This document shows, piece by piece, positions 1 to 9,375 of a DNA stretch of 64,000 nucleotides (the stretch's first letter is position 1; each line of letters opens with the position of its first letter). Below the pieces are notes generated by a model. That model saw only the letters and a program-made list of their open reading frames with translations, was not told where the DNA came from and made no database searches. The stretch comes from a virus (taxonomy: Duplodnaviria > Caudoviricetes), in the IMG/VR virus record IMGVR_UViG_3300033075_000861, positions 1 to 64,000 of that record, one strand, 5' to 3'. A program made the position numbers and the translations under genes.

Positions 1-150
1 GATCAGGAGTTCTGGCACCGTGCCCGGCAGTGGGAGTTCAGGCTCTACGCCTTCTTCATCATCTACCGGATGGGACTCTCGCCCAAACACAACAGCCCCT
101 GCGACGGACGCCTGCCCAACCCACAGGCGATCACCCATCAGGAGTTCTGA
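1..150 (+). CDS. partial hypothetical protein (C-terminal end)
   Basis: Open frame from window start, DQEFWHRARQWEFRLYAFF...QEF, TGA at 148-150. Confidence 0.5.
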   Translation, partial: DQEFWHRARQWEFRLYAFFIIYRMGLSPKHNSPCDGRLPNPQAITHQEF

Positions 151-155
151 ACGTG

Positions 156-272
156 ATGCGACTCATCAACGCCATTCTCGCCCTCTCCTTTATCCTCAGG
201 ATCATCTTCACCGCCCTCATCCTGAGCGTTGCCACCGCCGTCGCCCTGGTCCTGCTTGGGGTGGTGAAGTGA
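156..272 (+). CDS. small membrane peptide (38 aa)
   Basis: MRLINAILALSFILRIIFTALILSVATAVALVLLGVVK; hydrophobic; its stop overlaps the next start (GTGA). Confidence 0.5.
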   Translation: MRLINAILALSFILRIIFTALILSVATAVALVLLGVVK

Positions 273-550
273 GCTTCAGCGACGACATGGCCGAGGCGAT
301 GGATAAGAGCGAACTCAAGCGGCTGATGAATGCGTCCGCTGAGTGGCAGTCCATCAAACCCGGCGAAGCATTCAACACCCCCAAGAGCGGCTGCATCTAC
401 ATCAGGGCCAAGGGCGGTGATGGCAACCTCCTCTACGATATGTGGCGGTGCGTGGTCGTCTGGGCACCTGAAGTCTTAGACTTCAGGAAGCCCCTCAAGG
501 GGCAGATCCAGAAGGTGACTTTTGAGGTGGTGATACACAAAGATGGCTGA
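269..550 (+). CDS. hypothetical protein
   Basis: GTG overlapping the upstream TGA; phage-like codon usage; overlaps the next gene start. Confidence 0.6.
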   Translation: MSFSDDMAEAMDKSELKRLMNASAEWQSIKPGEAFNTPKSGCIYIRAKGGDGNLLYDMWRCVVVWAPEVLDFRKPLKGQIQKVTFEVVIHKDG

Positions 551-1436
551 CTTCATCATCGAAACCGATTTGGGGCACGACCCCGACGACCTGTTCTGCA
601 TCTGCCACCTCATCGAGGCCGGGCATCGCATCCTGGCCCTTGGCCTGGTGTCAGGCTCATACGAGCAGTTGTTCCTCGCTCACGGACTGAGGCAGCACCT
701 CGGTCAGGACTTCCTGATCGGCATCCAGAAGGACGACGCCCTGCCCGGCAAGGCACGCACCCGCGAGAGATTGGGCATCCACTCGGACCTGATCAACCAC
801 TACGGTTGGGACAAGCTCGACGTTTACGCCCATGACCTGAGCCAGAACGTCTTCAAGACCGCCCTCACCGAGAACCCCGAGGCCGAAATCCTCGTCATCG
901 GTCCAGCCCCCGGCCTAGGCAAGGTCGCCGCCTCCGACGACAAAGAGTTGTTCCGGGGCCGCACCATGACCTTCCAGGGCGGCTTCCTTCCCTACAGCCT
1001 GCACCGCCCGTCCAACCCTTTGCCCCAGTTTGAGGGCAAGGAGGCGGTGCCCACGTTCAACTTCAACGGCGACCGGAAGGCCGTAGATGCCCTCCTGAAC
1101 GCACCATTCGCCCTCAGACGCTTCTGCGGCAAGAATGTGTGCCACGGCATCTACCTCGACCAGAAGCGTTCTGAGGGCTTCCTAGAGCCTAGGAACGCCG
1201 CTGGTGAGGTGTACACCAGGGCCGTGAGGATGTATCTGGAACGGCACGAAGGCAAGAAGATGCACGACCCGACCGCCCTCGCCTGCCACCTGTACCCGGA
1301 CATCGCCACATGGTTCAGGGGACAGCCGAGGCGGAAGGACAGCGGCTGGACGACCCACCCCTGGTCCAACGGCGACTACGTCTTGGCCGACGTGGATCAC
1401 GAACGCCTGTGGGAGGTCATCCTGGGGAGGATGTGA
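543..1436 (+). CDS. inosine/uridine-preferring nucleoside hydrolase family protein
   Basis: N-terminal ETDLGHDPDD (DxDxGxDD-like) motif, IGP, FNF and HDPTALA motifs. Confidence 0.85.
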   Translation: MADFIIETDLGHDPDDLFCICHLIEAGHRILALGLVSGSYEQLFLAHGLRQHLGQDFLIGIQKDDALPGKARTRERLGIHSDLINHYGWDKLDVYAHDLSQNVFKTALTENPEAEILVIGPAPGLGKVAASDDKELFRGRTMTFQGGFLPYSLHRPSNPLPQFEGKEAVPTFNFNGDRKAVDALLNAPFALRRFCGKNVCHGIYLDQKRSEGFLEPRNAAGEVYTRAVRMYLERHEGKKMHDPTALACHLYPDIATWFRGQPRRKDSGWTTHPWSNGDYVLADVDHERLWEVILGRM

Positions 1437-2517
1437 TCTCGTACTCGATCTTGCCGAAGTACTTCCCGCCATAGCGGGTCAGCTTTTTGCCGTAGCGTGT
1501 GAGGACTCCGGGGAGTGCGGTCGAGCCGTCGTCCTTGACGCCTCCCGGCGTCGGCCCGGCGAAGATGTAGGGGCTGTAGATGTAGCCCGAGTCATGCCGG
1601 TTGGGGAATGCACCGCACAGCAGCTTGTGCCCCTCCATCTTGGGGTCCACGAACAGCCTCCAGCGGCAGTTCATCGTGCCGACCTGGGTGACCTCCCTCA
1701 GGCTGTCGATCTCCAGGGGCGGCGTCCAGAGGCCCTTCCACGCCAGCTTGGCGATGGCCGGGCTGACGACCAGCCAGTCGGTCCCGCCCCTCAGCGTCTT
1801 ACGGTGGATGACGCCGCTCATGCAGACGATGTCGATGTAGACTTTCTCCCAATCCAATTCCTCGACCTGCCTCTTGGAGACGGTGCCGACGTTCCGCCAC
1901 AGGTCGGTCAGGATCTCATGGGTGATGGCGTCCCTCATTTTCTCGGCCAGGAGGAGCGGATGGGGTTTGCCCATGACCATCACGTCGTCGGTGTAGGTGA
2001 CGACTTTCCGCGTCTTGGCGACGATGTCCTCACCCTCGATGACGAGGCGGATCTCGGGTAATTCGTCCTCGGGCTTGGGAGTTTCCGCCGCGACGTTGCC
2101 GTTGTGGTCGTAGATCGTCATCGTGCCGTCAGGGTTAGGCTTGCTGTAGCAGAACTTGAAGTGGAAGACCGTGTCGGCGGGTGCCCTCATGGGCTGGACC
2201 GAGATGAGGTCGAAGGGGACGAAGTTCTGGAACACCCTTGAGACGAGTTCCAGGCCGATGGGCCGGAACTCGCCGTCAGGGCACTGCCAGACGCTCTGGT
2301 TGTCGAGGATGAGGGCGACGGTCTTGGCGTCCTTCTCGGAGATGCCACGCATCAGGTGGTGGTAACGCCACTTGGCGTATGTCTTGTCCAGCGACTGTTT
2401 GCGGTTGTCCAGTTCAAACTGGACCTTGTCGTCATGGGGCTTGGGGTTCGGCTCCGGGGGGATAGCCCTCTGCTGCTCCTGCCACTCGGTCAGCCGCTTG
2501 ATCATTTCGCACGTCAT
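1417..2517 (-). CDS. divergent gp23-like major capsid protein paralog 1
   Basis: ALILDNQ...LVSRVFQNFVPFDLISVQPMRAP and HDSGYIYSPY...GVLTRYGKKL...KYFGKI match T4-type gp23 N- and C-terminal motifs; the middle is shortened. Confidence 0.75.
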   Translation of the reverse strand: MTCEMIKRLTEWQEQQRAIPPEPNPKPHDDKVQFELDNRKQSLDKTYAKWRYHHLMRGISEKDAKTVALILDNQSVWQCPDGEFRPIGLELVSRVFQNFVPFDLISVQPMRAPADTVFHFKFCYSKPNPDGTMTIYDHNGNVAAETPKPEDELPEIRLVIEGEDIVAKTRKVVTYTDDVMVMGKPHPLLLAEKMRDAITHEILTDLWRNVGTVSKRQVEELDWEKVYIDIVCMSGVIHRKTLRGGTDWLVVSPAIAKLAWKGLWTPPLEIDSLREVTQVGTMNCRWRLFVDPKMEGHKLLCGAFPNRHDSGYIYSPYIFAGPTPGGVKDDGSTALPGVLTRYGKKLTRYGGKYFGKIEYEITSSPG

Positions 2518-2535
2518 AGTGACCTAAGAGAGCGG

Positions 2536-2961
2536 TCACTCGCCGTTATCGATGTCGATGAAGCGGCGGGAGCGGTCGCCGTAGATCAGCACCACCTTGT
2601 CGTACTGGCCTACCTTGTAGTTGTCGATGGAGAAGTGGACGGTCATCTTCTTGGTGCCCTTCAGATCCTTCTTCCTCTCCTCAGGGACATCGAGTTCGTC
2701 GGGGACGACGTTGATGACCAGGGTCTTGGGGTTCATGCCGTTGGTGTGGGCTTTGACCAGCAGGATGCGATAGCCCCGCTTGACCTCAACCTTGCCGACG
2801 ACGTAGAGCTTGCCGGACTCCTTGTGGAACCAGGCGTCCCACTTGTCGTCGGACTTGTTCTCTTTCCAGCCGATGTCAGGCTTGATCGGATGGGCCGGCG
2901 GGTTCTTGGCCTGGGCGGGGCCGAGCAGGGCTGCGGCCAGGAGGATGCTGTGGATCATCAT
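2536..2961 (-). CDS. secreted hypothetical protein
   Basis: Sec signal MIHSILLAAALLGPAQA followed by a beta-rich domain. Confidence 0.7.
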   Translation of the reverse strand: MMIHSILLAAALLGPAQAKNPPAHPIKPDIGWKENKSDDKWDAWFHKESGKLYVVGKVEVKRGYRILLVKAHTNGMNPKTLVINVVPDELDVPEERKKDLKGTKKMTVHFSIDNYKVGQYDKVVLIYGDRSRRFIDIDNGE

Positions 2962-3090
2962 GATTTCTCCCTTGTAGGTTTAGGGGCGGTCAGGCTACTA
3001 TAAGTGAGGAGAGACATACCATGATTCACTTCACACTTCCCCTGAGGCGTATGACCCCGATGTGAGTACCCACTCACACCGGAGGTCACG

Positions 3091-3429
3091 ATGTCCTACG
3101 TTTTCTACCTGCGTCACCCCAAAACGACGCATGAGAAACGCCACAACCAACAGAAGAACGGCGGCTACCACCGCCCCAAGCGATCCGCCAAGAACCTGCC
3201 AGACACCTACGACGATTTGTGGGTGCCCTTCCGCCACTACAAGTGCTGGAAGAAGCAGTACAAGATCAGCCCGGCCCACAGCCGGGACGGCAAGCACCGC
3301 CGCACGCACCAGCACCATGTGAGGTGCATGGGCTGCGGCGTCACCATCAGGAGGTTCGTCATGAGCAAGCATCAACGCCGCAAACAGAACGTGAGCATTG
3401 TGTCGGAGGCCCCGCTCCACTGTCTTTGA
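3091..3429 (+). CDS. basic hypothetical phage protein; ends in CTT-TGA
   Basis: RHPKTTHE...KNLPDTYDD...KCWK motif; internal ATG at 3361 preceded by AGGAGG. Confidence 0.6.
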   Translation: MSYVFYLRHPKTTHEKRHNQQKNGGYHRPKRSAKNLPDTYDDLWVPFRHYKCWKKQYKISPAHSRDGKHRRTHQHHVRCMGCGVTIRRFVMSKHQRRKQNVSIVSEAPLHCL

Positions 3430-4120
3430 GCGGGCCAACGAGGTCATCGTGGAGATCCTTCACGGCGAAGGAGGCCAGGACTCCAAGCTCTTCGTGAGCG
3501 ATCTGTTCGATCTCTACGAGAAGTACGCGGCCCAGAAGGGCTGCCAGACCGAGGTTCTGGACGACGGCGACGGCCACGTCGTCTTCAAGGTGACCGGCTC
3601 CAGGGCCGGCTCCGCGTTCCAGCATGAGGCTGGCAACCACTGCGTCCAGAGGGTTCCGCCCACGGAGAGGAACGGACGCCGGCAGACGAGCTTCGTCACC
3701 GTCGCGGTGCTGCCCCTGCCGCCCGAGAGCAAGTTCGTTCCGCTCCCTGAGAGGGAACTGGACATCACGACCCAGACCGGCAAGCAGCGGGCCGGTGGTC
3801 AGAACGCGAACAAGGTAGCCTCAGCCGTGCGGATGGTCCACAAGCCTACGGGCATGAGGGTCTTCATCAACGGCAGGGACCAAATCTTCAACCGCAAGGA
3901 GGCTCTGAGGATTCTCACCGCCAAGGTCAACGACGCCAGGAACGGTGCCACCCAGGAAGCCTACTCCAAGAAGAAGGCCGAGCAACTGGCTAACCGTGGG
4001 CGGGGCAACAAGATCCGCACCTACAACTTCATCGACAATTTTGTCACCGACCACCGGACGGACAAGGAGACGAAGAACGTCAAGGAGGTCATGAAGGGTA
4101 AGCTGGATCTGGTGCTGTGA
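3398..4120 (+). CDS. peptide chain release factor, RF1-type (PxT), lacking domain 1; start uncertain, possibly reached by +1 frameshift
   Basis: VEILHGEGG, HCVQRVPPTE (PxT), AGGQNANK (GGQ), IRTYNF motifs. Confidence 0.9.
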   Translation: MCRRPRSTVFERANEVIVEILHGEGGQDSKLFVSDLFDLYEKYAAQKGCQTEVLDDGDGHVVFKVTGSRAGSAFQHEAGNHCVQRVPPTERNGRRQTSFVTVAVLPLPPESKFVPLPERELDITTQTGKQRAGGQNANKVASAVRMVHKPTGMRVFINGRDQIFNRKEALRILTAKVNDARNGATQEAYSKKKAEQLANRGRGNKIRTYNFIDNFVTDHRTDKETKNVKEVMKGKLDLVL

Positions 4121-4540
4121 TCAAATCTGGGTTTTCAAGTAGGTGACGAGTCGGTTCTTGTCCACCCCGGCGTTCTGGCAGGTAGCGATTATGTTGCGTG
4201 CCAGAACGCGGACCCTATCCTCAGGATCGTACCTGTCGAGCCTGAGGAAGGTTGCTATGAACCTAGAGCGGACGCGGTTCTCGTCCGCATCTATCACCCT
4301 GATGTTGCCGATCTCGTAGTGCCCGTCAGGGTCGATCCTGTCCAGCGACGGGCACCCGTCAGGACGGAAGTACAAGAAGTTCCTCACCTGCCCCTCTGCC
4401 CAGGCGAAAAAGTGGTTTCTGGTGAGCCTGACCTCCTTGCCCTGGTAGGACGGGTCGGAGCGACACCGCCAAAGCATGCCCCGCCACATCCTGCTGCATC
4501 TCTCCCTTATCTGATCTTGCTGCGTCTGTTTTCCTGACAT
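4121..4540 (-). CDS. HNH-type homing endonuclease
   Basis: WRGMLWRC...PSLDRIDPDGHYEIGNIRVI...N. Confidence 0.7.
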   Translation of the reverse strand: MSGKQTQQDQIRERCSRMWRGMLWRCRSDPSYQGKEVRLTRNHFFAWAEGQVRNFLYFRPDGCPSLDRIDPDGHYEIGNIRVIDADENRVRSRFIATFLRLDRYDPEDRVRVLARNIIATCQNAGVDKNRLVTYLKTQI

Positions 4541-4602
4541 ATGATCCCCACACGTTCAGGCGAGTTGCCTGGCAAATGGTAAGCAAGACGTGAGGTGAAG
4601 AA

Positions 4603-5640
4603 ATGGCGGTCAAGGACAAGGACATCTCCCCGGCGAGCATCCTGCGTGATCCCTCCCTGGAGGAGCATCTGATCCAAAACGGCCTGGATGAGTGGAAGGG
4701 GTCGGGCGTTCAGCCGCCTGAAACGTGGGTGTTCGTCACGATCCCCCGCACGATGATCGACAAGCAGAGGAGCCTGGACAATCAGGTGCGGATCGGGAAC
4801 CCGATTCTGGACGAGAACAAGCACTCCATCGTGAACGCGATGGAGAAGAAGCAGAAGCTGCCGGCGGTGATGGCCTTCCGCGAGAAGGGCACGGAAGCCG
4901 TCGCCCTGGGCGACGGCAACCACCGCTACGCCGTGAGCGACGGGTACAGCCACCTCAATGCCTACATCATCTTCACGGCCAACGACGAACTGAGGAAGAT
5001 CCTCACCCTCACGGCCAACAACCGCAACGGCTGCCGCAACTCAGCGGAGGCCATGCTGCACCACGCCGCCGCCTATGTGGAGGAGTACGGGTGTAAGCTG
5101 GATGACGCGGTCAAGTTGTTCAACGTCCCCAGGACGAAGCTCAGGGAGGAGATCGCCCTCAACAAGTTCCGCTGCGTCTTCGCCACGGTTCAGGGGGCCG
5201 CTAACCTAGACCCGACCGTGCAACGCTCCCTGGCGGACGCCATCCCCAAGCTCACGCTCTCGGTGACCCGCAAACTGGTGGACGTTGCCATCCAGACCCC
5301 CGGCATCAACGCCAACCAGATCAACGAGTACTGCGACAGGTACAAGACGTGTGTCTCCCCGGAGCAGCAGGTGGCCCTCCAGACCGAGATGGCGGACCAC
5401 TTCAAGAGGGCGACCCGTCAGAAGACGAACGGCGGGGCGACGAACGGCAGCCGTGGCAAGAAGCCCATCGATGACGATGCCTTCTTCAGGATGGTGGACA
5501 AAGGCATCGACACGGCCAACAAGCCCATCGCCGGCCTCGCCGCAAGGATGACGCCCCAACAGGCCATCAAGCTGAGAACCTTCAGGGACATCCTCGACAA
5601 GATCCTCAATGAGGTGGAAGTCCATAAGATCGCCGTCTGA
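4603..5640 (+). CDS. ParB/Srx-like N-terminal domain protein
   Basis: LPAVMAF...LGDGNHRYAV motif followed by a helical domain. Confidence 0.6.
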   Translation: MAVKDKDISPASILRDPSLEEHLIQNGLDEWKGSGVQPPETWVFVTIPRTMIDKQRSLDNQVRIGNPILDENKHSIVNAMEKKQKLPAVMAFREKGTEAVALGDGNHRYAVSDGYSHLNAYIIFTANDELRKILTLTANNRNGCRNSAEAMLHHAAAYVEEYGCKLDDAVKLFNVPRTKLREEIALNKFRCVFATVQGAANLDPTVQRSLADAIPKLTLSVTRKLVDVAIQTPGINANQINEYCDRYKTCVSPEQQVALQTEMADHFKRATRQKTNGGATNGSRGKKPIDDDAFFRMVDKGIDTANKPIAGLAARMTPQQAIKLRTFRDILDKILNEVEVHKIAV

Positions 5641-5698
5641 CCGAGCGGGGGCACAGGGCAGACTGAAAGGGCAGTCTGCCCTCCACAGGAGGTGTATC

Positions 5699-6508
5699 TT
5701 GGCCGAGTTCAACAGCGAAGGGAAGCTGCGAGTCCTGACCGAATTGGCTCAGGAAATCCTGAGGGACCGCTCACTCTGGGCCAACGATCAGGGGTGGGTT
5801 CGCAGAGATGACTTCATCATGAGGCTCTACCTCAAGATCGATCCGGTCTTGGCCTGCCGGGAGCGTGAGAAGGATCGCCAGAGTCGCGGCAGGGAGATGC
5901 CCGACGAGCCGCTGCACGTCAAAATCGACCTGGGTCGCAAGAGGGTGATCCACATTCTGGAGCAACGCATCAAGAGGGAGTACGATCAGGCCAACGGACT
6001 CCTCAGGCTCCCGCATGGGAAGGAAGCCTCAGGCCGCAGAGGCCGCAAAGGCAAGCTGATCACCTGCTGGGGTGTAACCCGTGCCATACGGGACTGGGCA
6101 GCCCAGCAGAACATCCAGCCGGGGACTATCAGCAAGCGTCTCAGGGACGGCTGGTCGGTGGAGGAGGCACTGACCAGGCCCCTCAAGGAGTGCATGGTCA
6201 GCCCCGGCAACCTGGCCCACCTGTATCCCACCGAGTGGTCCACCTCCGCACAGATCGCGGAGATTCTGAGGCCAAACGTGCCCGTACAGACCGCCATCGA
6301 GGTGTTCAAGCAGCGACGAAAGCATGAGGGTGCGGTCAGAGACTGCACCCTCTCCGACGAGGATATGGTTGAATCCGGCCTTCTGCACCTTGTGCAGAGG
6401 ATCAACCAAATCCTCAGGGCCAGGGGTGAGTTCGACTCCAAGAAGGAAAACGACGTTCCGATGTACAGAAGGATCTCGCCCCAGGTGCTGCAACGGGAAG
6501 CCGTCTGA
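5699..6508 (+). CDS. DNA-binding protein with a homing-endonuclease-type HTH
   Basis: TTG start after AGGAGGT; ITCWGVTRAIRDWA...TISKRLRDGWSVEEALTRP. Confidence 0.55.
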   Translation: MAEFNSEGKLRVLTELAQEILRDRSLWANDQGWVRRDDFIMRLYLKIDPVLACREREKDRQSRGREMPDEPLHVKIDLGRKRVIHILEQRIKREYDQANGLLRLPHGKEASGRRGRKGKLITCWGVTRAIRDWAAQQNIQPGTISKRLRDGWSVEEALTRPLKECMVSPGNLAHLYPTEWSTSAQIAEILRPNVPVQTAIEVFKQRRKHEGAVRDCTLSDEDMVESGLLHLVQRINQILRARGEFDSKKENDVPMYRRISPQVLQREAV

Positions 6509-6510
6509 CG

Positions 6511-6539
6511 AAGGGGCCGGTCATCTGACCGGCCCTTTT
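6511..6539. terminator. bidirectional intrinsic terminator
   Basis: GGGCCGGTCA-TC-TGACCGGCCC-TTTT between convergent genes. Confidence 0.75.
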
Positions 6540-6541
6540 GC

Positions 6542-7105
6542 TTACAGGTCGTAGTTGTAGTTCTCCACGAAGTCCCTCAGGTGCTTCTCGTAGTCGGTGA
6601 GATCATCGAGCCTGAACCGTGGTGCCTGGTGGAAGTAGTAGGTCGCCAGCGTCTTGCAGGCGTGTTCGTAGCTGTTGTAGATACCGGGGTACTGGTCCCT
6701 CGTCTTCCCCCGCCAGTCGTTCATGTCGATCAGCATTTTCCGCCAGGTGCCGTCCCGGTGCATCGACCAGCCCGACGACTCGACGTTCCAATGGAAGTAG
6801 TCCTCGCCATACTGGATGAAGGTGTCGCCATTGGCGAGCGTCTGGAGGGACTGGAGGTCGTCCACCGCCTGCCAATTCGGGTGTTTCCTGGCCGAGGCTT
6901 CGTCACGACGCCGCTCCCACTCTTTCTCGTACTTCTTGTACAACTCCCTCTCGTCCTCCCAGTAGCCGCTGATGGTCCACTGGCCGGGCCACAGGTGTCG
7001 CGGCCCCTCCTTGATTTCGACGTGCCAGATTTCCTTCAACCACTGCAAGTAGGCAGGGTCTTTCCAGCGGTTCTCATCGCCTTCCCAGGGGTTGTTGTTC
7101 TTCAT
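6542..7105 (-). CDS. hypothetical protein (Trp-rich)
   Basis: 187 aa ORF with consistent codon usage. Confidence 0.7.
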   Translation of the reverse strand: MKNNNPWEGDENRWKDPAYLQWLKEIWHVEIKEGPRHLWPGQWTISGYWEDERELYKKYEKEWERRRDEASARKHPNWQAVDDLQSLQTLANGDTFIQYGEDYFHWNVESSGWSMHRDGTWRKMLIDMNDWRGKTRDQYPGIYNSYEHACKTLATYYFHQAPRFRLDDLTDYEKHLRDFVENYNYDL

Positions 7106-7123
7106 GCCCTAAGGGAGTAGCCG

Positions 7124-7414
7124 TCAGGCGTGCTGGATGTAGATCATGGCGGAACTCTTACCGCCCTCACCCCAACGCTTCTCGATGTGGTCCACATGCC
7201 TCAGCACCGCGTCGGACTCGGGTCCGTACTGCCTGACGGCAGCCTGGAGGTACTCAAAGTCATCCCTCAGGGCCATCGCTTCGCGTTGCTCAAGGTTGTA
7301 CTTGTCGATGATCCATGAGACGAGTTTCATCAGCAGGGCACCGCCTGTGACTCCAACGGCGATCCAGGGGAGGTAGTCCTGTTCGATGAACTCCCTGAAG
7401 GACAGCTTTTTCAA
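7124..7414 (-). CDS. small membrane protein with an N-terminal SFREF motif
   Basis: TTG start after GGAGG; LKKLSFREFIEQ followed by one TM helix. Confidence 0.6.
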   Translation of the reverse strand: MKKLSFREFIEQDYLPWIAVGVTGGALLMKLVSWIIDKYNLEQREAMALRDDFEYLQAAVRQYGPESDAVLRHVDHIEKRWGEGGKSSAMIYIQHA

Positions 7415-8418
7415 CGCCGCACCGCCTCCCGCAGTTGCAGCCACCGCTTGAAGCTCATGCGGGACTCGGGGAAGCCGTGGTACTGGCGGTTCTTGATACG
7501 CCAGTCGTTCTTGATCTTCTTGTACAGTTCCTTGTCTTCCCTGGACTTGCTCGCCTGGTACTGGTTCCAGTACTTGGTCTTGTCCGCCAGGATCTCCTCC
7601 TTGCGGCCTGGGATCGTGCCGATCAGAGGCTCGGGGTCGATCTGGTAGCGGTAAGCCTCAAGGTCCACGAACACGAAGCCAGCCTTGCCCATGTCGTCGG
7701 GAAGGTCCAGTTCGTACATGGCCCAATCCGTCTTGCTGGCCGGGTCGGTGTCCATACGCTCAAACTTGAGCTTGGCGAACAGGGGGTCCATTGCCATGAA
7801 CTCACGCATGAACGGCTCATGGATCTGGAGGGCCTTGTTGTCCGGCACGCGGATGTGGTAGTCGATATCCGCCGGGGCCGTATCAACGGCGGTGCCTGAG
7901 ATCAGCGACCCTGCTGGCATCACGTCCACGTCGTACTTGTCCGCAAGCTGGCTGAGGGCCGCGAAGATTTTCTTGTTCGCCTCATCGACCACCCGCTTCT
8001 TGTCCTGGCTGGACCACTCCTGCGGGTAGTTTGGTGACTCAAACCAGATGGCCGCGTCCTTGTCGCCGTTGCCAGGCGGCGAGACGTACACGCCCTCGTC
8101 GTTGACCCCGGTCTGCTGCTGGATTTGCTGGCGGATCTCGGGAGGGGAAACCATCGCCTTGATGGCCCTGGACGCCTCGTAGAAGCTCGCCGGGTCTTCA
8201 ACGTCAACGAGCCACACCGTGGTCGCCTTGCCGTTGTAGTACTCGATCTGGTTGCGGAGTTGCTGCTGGGAGCGGTCCATGTAGTTGACCGCTTTCTGAA
8301 GCTGCATGATCCTCCGCTTCCGCTTCAGCACCTTGCCCTGGTGCTTCTCGATCCAGCGTTCGACCATGTCCTCCTGGCCCTCGCCAGCAGGCAAGGTCAT
8401 GACGATGACATTAGCCAT
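7411..8418 (-). CDS. Pol-beta superfamily nucleotidyltransferase domain protein
   Basis: AGSLISGTAVDTAPADIDYHI (GS...DxD) plus a distal VFVDL; C-terminal MSFKRWLQLRE. Confidence 0.65.
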   Translation of the reverse strand: MANVIVMTLPAGEGQEDMVERWIEKHQGKVLKRKRRIMQLQKAVNYMDRSQQQLRNQIEYYNGKATTVWLVDVEDPASFYEASRAIKAMVSPPEIRQQIQQQTGVNDEGVYVSPPGNGDKDAAIWFESPNYPQEWSSQDKKRVVDEANKKIFAALSQLADKYDVDVMPAGSLISGTAVDTAPADIDYHIRVPDNKALQIHEPFMREFMAMDPLFAKLKFERMDTDPASKTDWAMYELDLPDDMGKAGFVFVDLEAYRYQIDPEPLIGTIPGRKEEILADKTKYWNQYQASKSREDKELYKKIKNDWRIKNRQYHGFPESRMSFKRWLQLREAVRR

Positions 8419-9298
8419 TACGCCGCCTCCTCTTGCCGCCATGCGGCCAGTGGCTCCACTCCATCTTCGGCATGCCGCCCATGTCGGCTGGCTTCAGGCC
8501 AGGCAGACCGCCCACGCCCGGTGCCGCGTCGGGCTTGTCCTTGCCCTGGGAGGGGGCCGGGACGGGGGACGCATCGCCGCTCGGGGCACCCGGACCCCTA
8601 GCCATCCTCATGTCGGGCAGGCCGATCATGATCTTGGTGTGCCACTTGCCGTCGTTCAGCGTGCGGCTGTACCAGCCGGGGTGCTGGGCGAAGGTCGCCA
8701 CGGCCTTCGGGAAGACAGGCTCGGGGTTTTCAGGGAAGCGGGGGCTGTTGGGGTCGAGGTTGGGGTGTTCGCCGTGCCAGATGAGCTTCTTGCCGGGGAG
8801 CATCTCGCGGACGGTCTGCTCGTCAAGGATGGGCTTGGCCCCGGTGTTCTTGAGGATCAGGTTCGCGTAGGCACCGGAGGCTTCGATGTAGAACGGCGAC
8901 TGCTTCAGCATCTCGCCGGACTTGTTGACCATCTCGCCGCTGGAGGGCTTGAACGAGGGCTTGGCTGTGCCCATCGTGATCTTGTTGCCGAACTTCGTGC
9001 CCTTCCAGGCGATGGCGGCGTCGATGTCCGGGTTGTCGTCCATGTCCACGGCCTTGATGACCGTGATCTCGCCGGCCTGAAAGCCCTGGATGATCGCGTC
9101 GGCGGAAGAGAACTCCGTACTCTTGTTGCCGCCCAGCGGGGCGTAGCCAGCCTGGACGATGTCGTAGAGTTCCTGGGCGATGGACGGGTCCGCCTGGATG
9201 GTGTCGGCAGTGATCTCCTGCCACTTGCCCTTCTCCTGACCAAAGGTGCTGGCGAAGTCTTCCCGAAGCCTCATCCAGTCCTTAAAACGATGCAGCAT
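8411..9298 (-). CDS. hypothetical protein with an N-terminal FKDWMRLRE motif and a Pro/Gly-rich tail
   Basis: ATG after GGAGGAG; long ORF. Confidence 0.7.
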   Translation of the reverse strand: MLHRFKDWMRLREDFASTFGQEKGKWQEITADTIQADPSIAQELYDIVQAGYAPLGGNKSTEFSSADAIIQGFQAGEITVIKAVDMDDNPDIDAAIAWKGTKFGNKITMGTAKPSFKPSSGEMVNKSGEMLKQSPFYIEASGAYANLILKNTGAKPILDEQTVREMLPGKKLIWHGEHPNLDPNSPRFPENPEPVFPKAVATFAQHPGWYSRTLNDGKWHTKIMIGLPDMRMARGPGAPSGDASPVPAPSQGKDKPDAAPGVGGLPGLKPADMGGMPKMEWSHWPHGGKRRRRNG

Positions 9299-9375
9299 AG
9301 GTTCTCCTCCGGTAGTACACATCTATGTACCCACCGGCGAAAAACCTATGCCGCCGTTTTTGTTAGCACGTTTTC

